Below, piece after piece: positions 50,401-64,000 of a DNA stretch of 64,000 bases; the first letter of the stretch is position 1, and each line of letters begins with the position of its first letter. This DNA comes from Eledone cirrhosa (Eukaryota): NCBI GenBank assembly GCA_964016885.1, contig OZ024745.1, positions 3,038,001 to 3,102,000 of the forward strand. Reading direction: 5' to 3'. Position numbers and translations under genes: made by a program. A model generated the notes under the pieces. The model was not told where the DNA came from. It ran no database searches and was given only the letters and a program-made list of their open reading frames with translations.

Positions 50401-53400
50401 GAATAGGTACACTGTATCCCTGTGTGTTGTAATACCATGTATATCTAGTTTAAAATAGGTACACTGTATCCCTGTATGTTGTAATACCATATATATCTAG
50501 TTTAGAATAGGTACACTGTATCCCTGTATGTTGTAATACCATGTATATCTAGTTTAGAATAGGTACACTGTATCCCTGTATGCTATAATACCATGTATAT
50601 CTAGTTTAGAATAGGTACACTGTATCGCTGTATGTTGTAATACCATATATACCTAGGTTAGAATAGGTACACTGTATCCCTGTATGTCATAATACCATGT
50701 ATATCTAGTTTAGAATAGGTACACTGTATCCCTGTATGTTGTAATACGATATATACCTAGTTTAGGATAGGTACACTGTATCCCTGTATGTCATAATACC
50801 ATATATATCTAGTTTAGAATAGGTACACTGTATCCCTGTATGTTGTAAGACCATGTATATCTAGTTTAAAATAGGTACACTGTATCCATGTCTCATAATA
50901 CCATATATACCTAGTTTATAATAGGTACACCGTATCCCTGTATGTTGTAATACCATGTATACCTAGTTTAGAATAGGTACACTGTATCCCTGTATGTTGT
51001 AATAACATGTATATCTAGTTTAGAATAGGTACACTGTATCCCTGTATGTCATAATACAATATATATCTAGTTTAGAATAGGTACAATGTATCCCTGTATG
51101 TTGTAATACCATATATATCTAGTTTAGAATAGGTACACTGTATCCCTGTATGTTGTAATACCATATATACCTAGTTTAGGATAGGTACACTGTATCCATG
51201 TATGTCATAATACCATATATATCTAGTTTAGAATAGGTTCACTCTATCCCTGTATGTTGTAATACCATATATACCTAGTTTAGAATAGGTACACTGTATC
51301 CCTGTATGTTGTAATACCATATATATCTAGTTTAGAATAGGTACACTGTATCCCTGAACGTTGTAATATCATGTATACCTAGTTTAGAATAGGTACACTG
51401 TATCACTGTATGTTGTAATACCATGTATATCTAGTTTAGAATAGGTACACTGTATCCCTGTATGTTGTAATACCATGTATATCTAGTTTAGAATAGGTAC
51501 ACTGTATCCCTGTATGTTGTAATACCATGTATATCTAGTTTAGAATAGGTACACTGTATCTCTGTATGTTGAAATACCATGTATATCTAGTTTAGAATAG
51601 GTACACTGTATCCATGTCTCATAATACCATATATACCTAGTTTGGAATAGGTACACTGTATCCCTGTATGTTGTAATACCATATATACCTAGTTTAGAAT
51701 AGGTACACTGTATCCCTGTATGTTGTAATACCATGTATACCTAGTTTAGAATAGGTACACTGTATCCCTGTATGTCATAATACCATATATATCTAGTTTA
51801 GAATAGGTACACTGTATCCCTGTATGTTGTAAGACCATGTATATCTAGTTTAAAATAGGTATACTGTATCCCTGTATGTTGTAATACCATGTATATTTAG
51901 TTTAGAATAGGTACACTGTATCCCTGTGTGTTGTAAGACGATATATACCTAGTTTAGAATAGGTACACTGTATCCCTGTATGTTGTAATACCATGTATAT
52001 CTAGTTTAGAATAGGTACACTGTATCCCTGTATGTTGTAATACAATGTATATCTAATTTAGAATAGGTACACTGTATCCCTGTATGTTGTAAGACCATGT
52101 ATATCTAGTTTAAAATAGGTACACTGTATCCATGTCTCATAATACCATATATACCTAGTTTATAATAGGTACACCGTATCCCTGTATGTTGTAATACCAT
52201 GTATACCTAGTTTAGAATAGGTACACTGTATCCCTGTATGTTGTAATAACATGTATATCTAGTTTAGAATAGGTACACTGTATCCCTGTATGTTGTAATA
52301 ACATATATATCTAGTTTAGAATAGGTACACTGTATCCCTGTATGTCATAATACCATATATATCTAGTTTAGAATAGGTACACTGTATCCCTGTATGTTGT
52401 AATACCATATACCTAGTTTAGGATAGGTACACTGTATCCCTGTATGTCATAATACCATATATATCTAGTTTAGAATAGGTACACTGTATCCCTGTATGTT
52501 GTAATACCATATATACCTAGTTTAGAATAGGTACACTGTATCCCTGTATGTTGTAATACCATATATATCTAGTTTAGAATAGGTACGCTGTATCCCTGTA
52601 CGTTGTAATATCATGTATACCTAGTTTAGAATAGGTACACTGTATCCCTGTATGTTGTAATACCATGTATATCTAGTTTAGAATAGGTACACTGTATCCC
52701 TGTATGTTGTAATACCATGTATATCTAGTTTAGAATAGGTACACTGTATCCCTGTATGTTGTAAGACCATGTATATCTAGTTTAAAATAAGTATACTGTA
52801 TCCCTGTATGTTGTAATACCATGTATATCTAGTTTAGAATAGGTACACTGTATCCCTGTCTCATTATACCATATATACCTAGTTTGGAATAGGTACACTG
52901 TATCCCTGTATGTCATAATACCATATATATCTAGTTTAGAATAGGTACACTGTATCCCTGTATGTTGTAATACCATGTATATCTAGTTTAGAATAGGTAC
53001 ACTGTATCCCTGTATGTTGTAATACCATGTATATCTAGTTTAGAATAGGTACACTGTATCCGTGTCTCATAAAACCATATATACCTAGTTTGGAATAGGT
53101 ACACTGTATCCCTGTATGTTGTAATACCATGTGTATCTAGTTTAGAATAGGTACACTGTATCCCTGTCTCATAATACCATATATACCTAGTTTGGAATAG
53201 GTACACTGTATCCCTGTATGTCTTAATACCATATATATCTAGATTAGAATAGGTACACTGTATCCATGTATGTTGTAATACCATGTATATCTAGTTTAGA
53301 ATAGGTACACTGTATCCCTGTATGTTGTAATACCATGTATATCTAGTTTAGAATAGGTACACTGTATCCCTGTATGTTGTAATACCATGTATATCTAGTT

Positions 53401-56400
53401 TAGAATAGGTACACTGTATCCCTGTATGTTGTAATACCATGTATATCTAGTTTAGAATAGGTACACTGTATCTCTGTATGTTGAAATACCATGTATATCT
53501 AGTTTAGAATAGGTACACTGTATCCATGTCTCATAATACCATATATACCTAGTTTGGAATAGGTACACTGTATCCCTGTATGTTGTAATACCATATATAC
53601 CTAGTTTAGAATAGGTACACTGTATCCCTGTATGTTGTAATACCATGTATACCTAGTTTAGAATAGGTACACTGTATCCCTGTATGTCATAATACCATAT
53701 ATATCTAGTTTAGAATAGGTACACTGTATCCCTGTATGTTGTAAGACCATGTATATCTAGTTTAAAATAGGTATACTGTATCCCTGTATGTTGTAATACC
53801 ATGTATATCTAGTTTAGAATAGGTACACTGTATCCCTGTATGTTGTAATACCATGTATATCTAGTTTAGAATAGGTACACTGTATCCCTGTATGCTGTAA
53901 TACCATGTATATCTAGTTTAGAATAGGTACACTGTATCCCTGTATGTTGTAATACCATGTATATTTAGTTTAGAATAGGTACACTGTATCCCTGTGTGTT
54001 GTAAGACGATATATACCTAGGTTAGAATAGGTACACTGTATCCCTGTATGTTGTAATACCATGTATATCTAGTTTAGAATAGGTACACTGTATCCCTGTA
54101 TGTTGTAATACAATGTATATCTAATTTAGAATAGGTACACTGTATCCCTGTATGTTGTAAGACCATGTATATCTAGTTTAAAATAGGTACACTGTATCCA
54201 TGTCTCATAATACCATATATACCTAGTTTATAATAGGACACCGTATCCCTGTATGTTGTAATACCATGTATACCTAGTTTAGAATAGGTACACTGTATCC
54301 CTGTATGTTGTAATAACATGTATATCTAGTTTAGAATAGGTACACTGTATCCCTGTATGTTGTAATAACATGTATATCTAGTTTAGAATAGGTACACTGT
54401 ATCCCTGTATGTCATAATACCATATATATCTAGTTTAGAATAGGTACACTGTATCCCTGTATGTTGTAATACCATATACCTAGTTTAGGATAGGTACACT
54501 GTATCCCTGTATGTCATAATACCATATATATCTAGTTTAGAATAGGTACACTGTATCCCTGTATGTTGTAATACTATATATACCTAGTTTAGAATAGGTA
54601 CACTGTATCCCTGTATGTTGTAATACCATATATATCTAGTTTAGAATAGGTACGCTGTATCCCTGTACGTTGTAATATCATGTATACCTAGTTTAGAATA
54701 GGTACACTGTATCCCTGTATGTTGTAATACCATGTATATCTAGTTTAGAATAGGTACACTGTATCCCTGTATGTTGTAATACCATGTATATCTAGTTTAG
54801 AATAGGTACACTGTATCCCTGTATGTTGTAAGACCATGTATATCTAGTTTAAAATAAGTATACTGTATCCCTGTATGTTGTAATACCATGTATATCTAGT
54901 TTAGAATAGGTACACTGTATCCCTGTCTCATTATACCATATATACCTAGTTTGGAATAGGTACACTGTATCCCTGTATGTCATAATACCATATATATCTA
55001 GTTTAGAATAGGTACACTGTATCCCTGTATGTTGTAATACCATGTATATCTAGTTTAGAATAGGTACACTGTATCCCTGTATGTTGTAATACCATGTATA
55101 TCTAGTTTAGAATAGGTACACTGTATCCGTGTCTCATAAAACCATATATACCTAGTTTGGAATAGGTACACTGTATCCCTGTATGTTGTAATACCATGTG
55201 TATCTAGTTTAGAATAGGTACACTGTATCCCTGTCTCATAATACCATATATACCTAGTTTGGAATAGGTACACTGTATCCCTGTATGTCTTAATACCATA
55301 TATATCTAGTTTAGAATAGGTACACTGTATCCCTGTATGTTGTAATACCATGTATATCTAGTTTAGAATAGGTACACTGTATCCCTGTATGTTGTAATAC
55401 CATGTATATCTAGTTTAGAATAGGTACACTGTATCCCTGTATTCTGTAATACCATGTATATCTAGTTTACAATAGGTACACTGTATCCCTGTATGTTGTA
55501 ATACCATGTATATCTAGTTTAGAATAGGTACACTGTATCCCTGTATGTTGTAATACCATGTATATCTAGTTTAGAATAGGTACACTGTATCCCTGTATGT
55601 TGTAATACCATGTATATCTAGTTTAGAATAGGTACACTGTATCCCTGTATGTCATAAGACCATGTATACCTAGTTTAGAATAGGTACACTGTATCCCTGT
55701 ATGTTGTAATACCATGTATATCTAGTTTAGAAGAGGTACACTGTATCCCTGTATGTTGTAATACCATGTATATCTAGTTTAGAATAGGTATACTGTATCC
55801 CTGTATGTTGTAAGACCATGTATATCTAGTTTAAAATAGGTACACTGTATCCCTGTATGTTGTAATACCTTGTATATCTAGTTTAGAATAGGTACACTGT
55901 ATCCCTGTATGTTGTAATACCATATATATCTAGTTTAGAATAGGTACACTGTATCTCTGTATGTTGTAATACCATGTACATCTAGGTTAGAATATGTACA
56001 CTGTATCCCTGTATGTCATAATACCATGTATATCTAGTTTAGAATAGGTACACTGTATCCCTGTATGTTGTAATACCATATATACCTAGTTTAGTATAGG
56101 TACACTGTATCCCTGTATATCATAATACCATATATATCTAGTTTAGAATAGGTACACTGTATCCCTGTATGTTGTAATACCATGTGTATCTAGTTTAGAA
56201 TAGGTACACTGTATCCCAGTATGTTGTAATACCATCTATATCTAGTTTAGAATAGGTACACTGTATCCCTGTATGTTGTAATACCATGTATATCTAGTTT
56301 AGAATAGGTACACTGTATCCCTGTATGTTGTAATACCATGTGTATCGAATTTAGAATAGGTACACTGTATCACTGTATGTTGTAATACCATGCATATCTA

Positions 56401-59400
56401 GTTTAGAATAGGTACACTGTATCCCTGTATGTTGTAATACCATGTATATCTAATTTAGAATAGGTACACTGTATCACTGTATGTTGTAATACTATGTATA
56501 TCTGGTTTAGAATAGGTACACTGTATCCCTGTATGTTGTAATACCATATATATCTAGTTTAGAATAGGTACACTGTATCCCTGTGTGTTGTAATACCATG
56601 TATATCTAGTTTAAAATAGGTACACTGTATCCCTGTATGTTGTAATACCATATATATCTAGTTTAGAATAGGTACACTGTATCCCTGTATGTTGTAATAC
56701 CATGTATATCTAGTTTAGAATAGGTACACTGTATCCCTGTATGCTATAATACCATGTATATCTAGTTTAGAATAGGTACACTGTATCGCTGTATGTTGTA
56801 ATACCATATATACCTAGGTTAGAATAGGTACACTGTATCCCTGTATGTCATAATACCATGTATATCTAGTTTAGAATAGGTACACTGTATCCCTGTATGT
56901 TGTAATACCATATATACCTAGTTTAGGATAGGTACACTGTATCCCTGTATGTCATAATACCATATATATCTAGTTTAGAATAGGTACACTGTATCCCTGT
57001 ATGTTGTAAGACCCTGTATATCTAGTTTAAAATAGGTACACTGTATCCATGTCTCATAATACCATATATACCTAGTTTATAATAGGTACACCGTATCCCT
57101 GTATGTTGTAATACCATGTATACCTAGTTTGGAATAGGTACACTGTATCCCTGTATGTTGTAATAACATGTATATCTAGTTTAGAATAGGTACACTGTAT
57201 CCCTGTATGTCATAATACCATATATATCTAGTTTAGAATAGGTACAGTGTATCCCTGTATGTTGTAATACCATATATATCTAGTTTAGAATAGGTACACT
57301 GTATCCCTGTATGTTGTAATACCATATATACCTAGTTTAGGATAGGTACACTGTATCCCTGTATGTCATAATACCATATATATCTAGTTTAGAATAGGTA
57401 CACTGTATCCCTGTATGTTGTAAGACCATGTATATCTAGTTTAAAATAGGTATACTGTATCCCTGTATGTTGTAATACCATGTATATCTAGTTTAGAATA
57501 GGTACACTGTATCCCTGTATGTTGTAATACCATGTATATCTAGTTTAGAATAGGTACACTGTATCCCTGTATGCTGTAATACCATGTATATCTAGTTTAG
57601 AATAGGTACACTGTATCCCTGTATGTTGTAATACCATGTATATTTAGTTTAGAATAGGTACACTGTATCCCTGTATGTTGTAATACCATGTATATCTAGT
57701 TTAGAATAGGTACACTGTATTCCTCTCTCATAATACCATATATATCTAGTTTAGAATAGGTACACTGTATCCCTGTGTGTTGTAAGACCATATATACCTA
57801 GTTTAGAATAGGTACACTGTATCCCTGTATGTTGTAATACCATGTATATCTAGTTTAGAATAGGTACACTGTATCCCTGTATGTTGTAATACAATGTATA
57901 TCTAATTTAGTATAGGTACACTGTATCCCTGTATGTTGTAAGACCATGTATATCTAGTTTAAAATAGGTCCACTGTATCCATGTCTCATAATACCATATA
58001 TACCTAGTTTATAATAGGTACACCGTATCCCTGTATGTTGTAATACCATGTATACCTAGTTTAGAATAGGTACACTGTATCCCTGTATGATGTAATAACA
58101 TGTATATCTAGTTTAGAATAGGTACACTGTATCCCTGTATGTTGTAATAACATGTATATCTAGTTTAGAATAGGTACACTGTATCACTGTATGTCATAAT
58201 ACCATATATATCTAGTTTAGAATAGGTACACTGTATCCCTGTATGTTGTAATACCATATATACCTAGTTTAGGATAGGTACACTGTATCCCTGTATGTCA
58301 TAATACCATATATATCTAGTTTAGAATAGGTACACTGTATCCCTGTATGTTGTAATACCATATATACCTAGTTTAGAATAGGTACACTGTATCCCTGTAT
58401 GTTGTAATACCATATATATCTAGTTTAGAATAGGTACGCTGTATCCCTGTACGTTGTAATATCATGTATACCTAGTTTAGAATAGGTACACTGTATCCCT
58501 GTATGTTGTAATACCATGTATATCTAGTTTAGAATAGGTACACTGTATACCTGTATGTTGTAATACCATGTATATCTAGTTTAGAATAGGTACACTGTAT
58601 CCCTGTATGTTGTAATACCATGTATATCTAGTTTAGAATAGGTACACTGTATCTCTGTATGTTGAAATACCATGTATATCTAGTTTAGAATAGGTACACT
58701 GTATCCATGTCTCATAATACCATATATACCTAGTTTGGAATAGGTACACTGTATCCCTGTATGTTGTAATACCATATATACCTAGTTTAGAATAGGTACA
58801 CTGTATCCCTGTATGTTGTAATACCATGTATACCTAGTTTAGAATAGGTACACTGTATCCCTGTATGTCATAATACCATATATATCTAGTTTAGAATAGG
58901 TACACTGTATCCCTGTATGTTGTAAGACCATGTATATCTAGTTTAGAATAGGTACACTGTATCACTGTATGTCATAATACCATGTATATCTAGTTTAGAA
59001 TAGGTACGATGTATCCCTGTATGTTGTAATACCATGTATATCTAGTTTAGAATAGGTACACTGTATCCCTGTATGTTGTAATACCATGTATATCTAGTTT
59101 AGAATAGGTACACTGTATCACTGTATGTCATAATACCATGTATATCTAGTTTAGAATAGGTACGATGTATCCCTGTATGTTGTAATACCATATATATCTA
59201 GTTTAGAATAGGTACACTGTATCCCTGTATGTTGTAATACCATGTATATCTAGTTTAGAATAGGTACACTGTATCCCTGTATGCTGTAATACCATGTATA
59301 TCTCGTTTAGAATAGGTACACTGTATCCCTGTATTTTGTAATACCATGTATATTTAGTTTAGAATAGGTACACTGTATCCCTGTATGTTGTAATACCATG

Positions 59401-62400
59401 TATATCTAGTTTAGAATAGGTACACTGTATTCCTCTCTCATAATACCATATATATCTAGTTTAGAATAGGTACACTGTATCCCTGTGTGTTGTAAGACCA
59501 TATATACCTAGTTTAGAATAGGTACACTGTATCCCTGTATGTTGTAATACCATGTATATCTAGTTTAGAATAGGTACACTGTATCCCTGTATGTTGTAAT
59601 ACAATGTATATCTAATTTAGAATAGGTACACTGTATCCCTGTATGTTGTAATACCATGTATATCTAGTTTAAAATAGGTACACTGTATCCATGTCTCATA
59701 ATACCATATATACCTAGTTTATAATAGGTACACCGTATCCCTGTATGTTGTAATACCATATATATCTAGTTTAGAATAGGTACACTGTATCCCTGTATGT
59801 TGTAATACCATATATACCTAGTTTAGGATAGGTACACTGTATCCCTGTTTGTCATAATACCATATATATCTAGTTTAGAATAGGTACACTGTATCCCTGT
59901 ATGTTGTAATACCATATATACCTAGTTTAGGATAGGTACACTGTATCCCTGCATGTTGTAATACCATATATATCTAGTTTAGAATAGGTACACTGTATCC
60001 CTGTACGTTGTAATATCATGTATACCTAGTTTAGAATAGGTACACTGTATCCCTGTATGTTGTAATACCATGTATATCTAGTTTAGAATAGGTACACTGT
60101 ATCCCTGTATGTTGTAATACCATGTATATCTAGTTTAGAATAGGTACACTGTATCCCTGTATGTTGTAATACCATGTATATCTAGTTTAGAATAGGTACA
60201 CTGTATCTCTGTATGTTGAAATACCATGTATATCTAGTTTAGAATAGGTACACTGTTTCCATGTCTCATAATACCATATATACCTAGTTTGGAATAGGTA
60301 CACTGTATCCCTGTATGTTCTAATACCATATATACCTAGTTTAGAATAGGTACACTGTATCCCTGTATGTTGTAATACCATATATATCTAGTTTAGAATA
60401 GGTACACTGTATCCCTGTATGTTGTAATACCATGTATATCTAGTTTAGAATAGGTACACTGTATCCCTGTATGCTGTAATACCATGTATATCTAGTTTAG
60501 AATAGGTACACTGTATCCCTGTATGTTGTAATACCATGTATATTTAGTTTAGAATAGGTACACTGTATCCCTGTATGTTGTAATACCATGTATATCTAGT
60601 TTAGAATAGGTACACTGTATTCCTCTCTCATAATACCATGTATATCTAGTTTAGAATAGGTACACTGTATCCCTGTGTGTTGTAAGACCATATATACCTA
60701 GTTTAGAATAGGTACACTGTATCCCTGTATGTTGTAATACCATGTATATCTAGTTTAGAATAGGTACACTGTATCCCTGTATGTTGTAATACAATGTATA
60801 TCTAATTTAGAATAGGTACACTGTATCGCTGTATGTTGTAATACCATGTATATCTAGTTTAGAATAGGTACACTGTATCCCTGTATGTTGTAATATCATG
60901 TATATCTAGTTTAGAAGAGGTACACTGTATCCCTGTATGTCATAAGACCATGTATACCTAGTTTAGAATAGGTACACTGTATCCCTGTATGTTGTAATAC
61001 CATGTATATCTAGTTTAGAATAGGTACACTGTATCCCTGTATGTTGTAATACCATGTATATCTAGTTTAGAATAGGTACAATGTATCCCTGTATGTTGTA
61101 ATACCATGTATATCTAGTTTAGAATAGGTACACTGTATCGCTGTATGTTGTAATACCATGTATATCTAGTTTAGAATAGGTACACTGTATCCCTGTATGT
61201 TGTAATACCATGTATATCTAGTTTAGAAGAGGTACACTGTATCCCTGTATGTTGTAATACCATGTATATCTAGTTTAGAATAGGTACACTGTACCCCTGT
61301 ATGTTGTAAGACCATGTATATCTAGTTTAAAATAGGTACACTGTATCCCTGTATGTTGTAATACCTTGTATATCTAGTTTAGAATAGGTACACTCTATCG
61401 CTGTATGTTGTAATACCATATATACCTAGGTTAGAATAGGTACACTGTATCCCTGTATGTCATAATACCATGTATATCTAGTTTAGAATAGGTACACTGT
61501 ATCCCTGTATGTTGTAATACCATATATACCTAGTTTAGGATAGGTACACTGTATCCCTGTATGTCATAATACCATATATATCTAGTTTAGAATAGCTACA
61601 CTGTATCCCTGTATGTTGTAAGACCATGTATATCTAGTTTAAAATAGGTACACTGTATCCATGTCTCATAATACCATATATACCTAGTTTAGAATAGGTA
61701 CACTGTATCCCTGTATGTTGTAATACCATGTATACCTAGTTTAGAATAGGTACATTGTATCCCTGTATGTTGTAATAACATGTATATCTAGTTTAGAATA
61801 GGTACACTGTATCCCTGTATGTCATAATACCATATATATCTAGTTTAGAATAGGTACACTGTATCGCTGTATGTTGTAATACCATATATATCTAGTTTAG
61901 AATAGGTACACTGTATCCCTGTATGTTGTAATACCACATATACCTAGTTTAGGATAGGTACACTGTATCCCTGTATGTCATAATACCATATATATCAAGT
62001 TTAGAATAGGTACACTGTATCCCTGTATGTTGTAATACCATATATACCTAGTTTAGAATAGGTACACTGTATCCCTGTATGTTGTAATACCATGTATATC
62101 TAGTTTAGAATAGGTACACTGTATCCCTGTATGTTGTAATACCATGTATATCTATTTTAGAATAGGTACACTGTATCCCTGTATGTTGTAATACCATGTA
62201 TATCTAGTTTAGAATAGGTACACTGTATCCCTGTATGTTGTAATACCATGTATATCTAGTTTAGAATAGGTACACTGTATCCCTGTATTTTGAAATACCA
62301 TGTATATCTAGTTTAGAATAGGTTCACTGTATCCATGTCTCATAATACCATATATACCTAGTTTGGAATAGGTACACTGTATCGCTGTACGTTGTAATAC

Positions 62401-64000
62401 CATATATACCTACTTTATAATAGGTACACTGTATCCCTGTATGTTGTAATACCATGTATATCTAGTTTAGAATAGGTACACTGTATCCCTGTATGTTGTA
62501 ATACCATGTGTATCGAATTTAGAATAGGTACACTGTATCACTGTATGTTGTAATACCATGCATATCTAGTTTAGAATAGGTACACTGTATCCCTGTATGT
62601 TGTAATACCATGTATATCTAGTTTAGAATAGGTACACTGTATCACTGTATGTTGTAATACTATGTATATCTGGTTTAGAATAGGTACACTGTATCCCTGT
62701 ATGTTGTAATACCATATATATCTAGTTTAGAATAGGTACACTGTATCCCTGTGTGTGTAATACCATGTATATCTAGTGTAAAATAGGTACACTGTATCCC
62801 TGTATGTTGCAATACCATATATATCTAGTTTAGAATAGGTACACTGTATCCCTGTATGTTGTAATACCATGTATATCTAGTTTAGAATAGGTACACTGTA
62901 TCCCTGTATGCTATAATACCATGTATATCTAGTTTAGAATAGGTACACTGTATCGCTGTATGTTGTAATACCATATATACCTAGGTTAGAATAGGTACAC
63001 TGTATCCCTGTATGTCATAATACCATGTATATCTAGTTTAGAATAGGTACACTGTATCCCTGTATGTTGTAATACGATATATACCTAGTTTAGGATAGGT
63101 ACACTGTATCCCTGTATGTCATAATACCATATATATCTAGTTTAGAATAGGTACACTATATCCCTGTATGTTGTAAACCATGTATATCTAGTTTAAAATA
63201 GGTACACTGTATCCATGTCTCATAATACCATATATACCTAGTTTATAATAGGTACACCGTATCCCTGTATGTTGTAATAACATGTATATCTAGTTTAGAA
63301 TAGGTACACTGTATCCCTGTATGTCATAATACAATATATATCTAGTTTAGAATAGGTACAGTGTATCCCTGTATGTTGTAATACCATATATATCTAGTTT
63401 AGAATAGGTACACTGTATCCCTGTATGTTGTAATACCATATATACCTAGTTTAGGATAGGTACACTGTATCCATGTATGTCATAATACCATATATATCTA
63501 GTTTAGAATAGGTACACTCTATCCCTGTATGTTGTAATACCATATATACCTAGTTTAGAATAGGTACACTGTATCCCTGTATGTTGTAATACCATATATA
63601 TCTAGTTTAAAATAGGTACACTGTATCCCTGTACGTTGTAATATCATGTATACCTAGTTTAGAATAGGTACACTGTATCCCTGTATGTTGTAATACAATG
63701 TATATCTAATTTAGAATAGGTACACTGTATCCCTGTATGTTGTAATACCATGTATATTTAGTTTAGAATAGGTACACTGTATCCCTGTGTGTTGTAAGAC
63801 GATATATACCTAGTTTAGAATAGGTACACTGTATCCCTGTATGTTGTAATACCATGTATATCTAGTTTAGAATAGGTACACTGTATCCCTGTATGTTGTA
63901 ATACAATGTATATCTAATTTAGAATAGGTACACTGTATCCCTGTATGTTGTAAGACCATGTATATCTAGTTTAAAATAGGTACACTGTATCCATGTCTCA
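29483..64000. repeat. 52-bp satellite array (>34.5 kb, roughly 660 units, open at window end) with higher-order structure
   Basis: Consensus CTAGTTTAGAATAGGTACACTGTATCCCTGTATGTTGTAATACCATGTATAT. Recurrent 50-bp variants (TGTCTCATAA) and marker variants recur in ordered blocks. Confidence 0.99.

Noticed and set aside
29483-64000. CRISPR array, or protein-coding repeats (MVLQHTGIQCTYSKL... ORFs)
   Set aside because: Head-to-tail monomers with no unique spacers, no cas genes and a eukaryotic context. The ORFs are chance openings where variants remove stops in a 52-bp period.

Overview
Repeat-dominated eukaryotic (animal) DNA with no intact host gene that I can identify. The SINE-like and RTE remnants and the microsatellite load resemble an octopus/coleoid cephalopod genome (inference from recalled repeat sequences). 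Layout: a 47-bp minisatellite (1-1632); a full-span but disabled L1/Tx1-type LINE on the minus strand (~4258-9237) with 48-bp tandem monomers at its 5' end; a compound (GT)n minisatellite next to a Helitron-like 3' terminus (~10.7-15.5 kb); fragments of RTE LINEs, SINEs, a Helitron RepHel, a hAT transposase and MITEs (15.5-29.4 kb); and a 52-bp satellite with kb-scale higher-order structure from ~29480 to the window end. The most notable signal is invisible in the ORF track. Between ~10 and 26.5 kb lie about a dozen type I hammerhead-ribozyme (HHR) motifs, several with complete cores and compensating helices. They sit in short, sequence-diverse, non-coding cassettes bounded by (TA)n microsatellites and showing fold-back or terminally redundant ends. 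Many cassettes share a TACTC...GAGTGC hairpin shortly before the microsatellite. This looks like a microsatellite-targeting system of Penelope-like or retrozyme-like small retroelements. All folds were read by eye; none was computed or tested.
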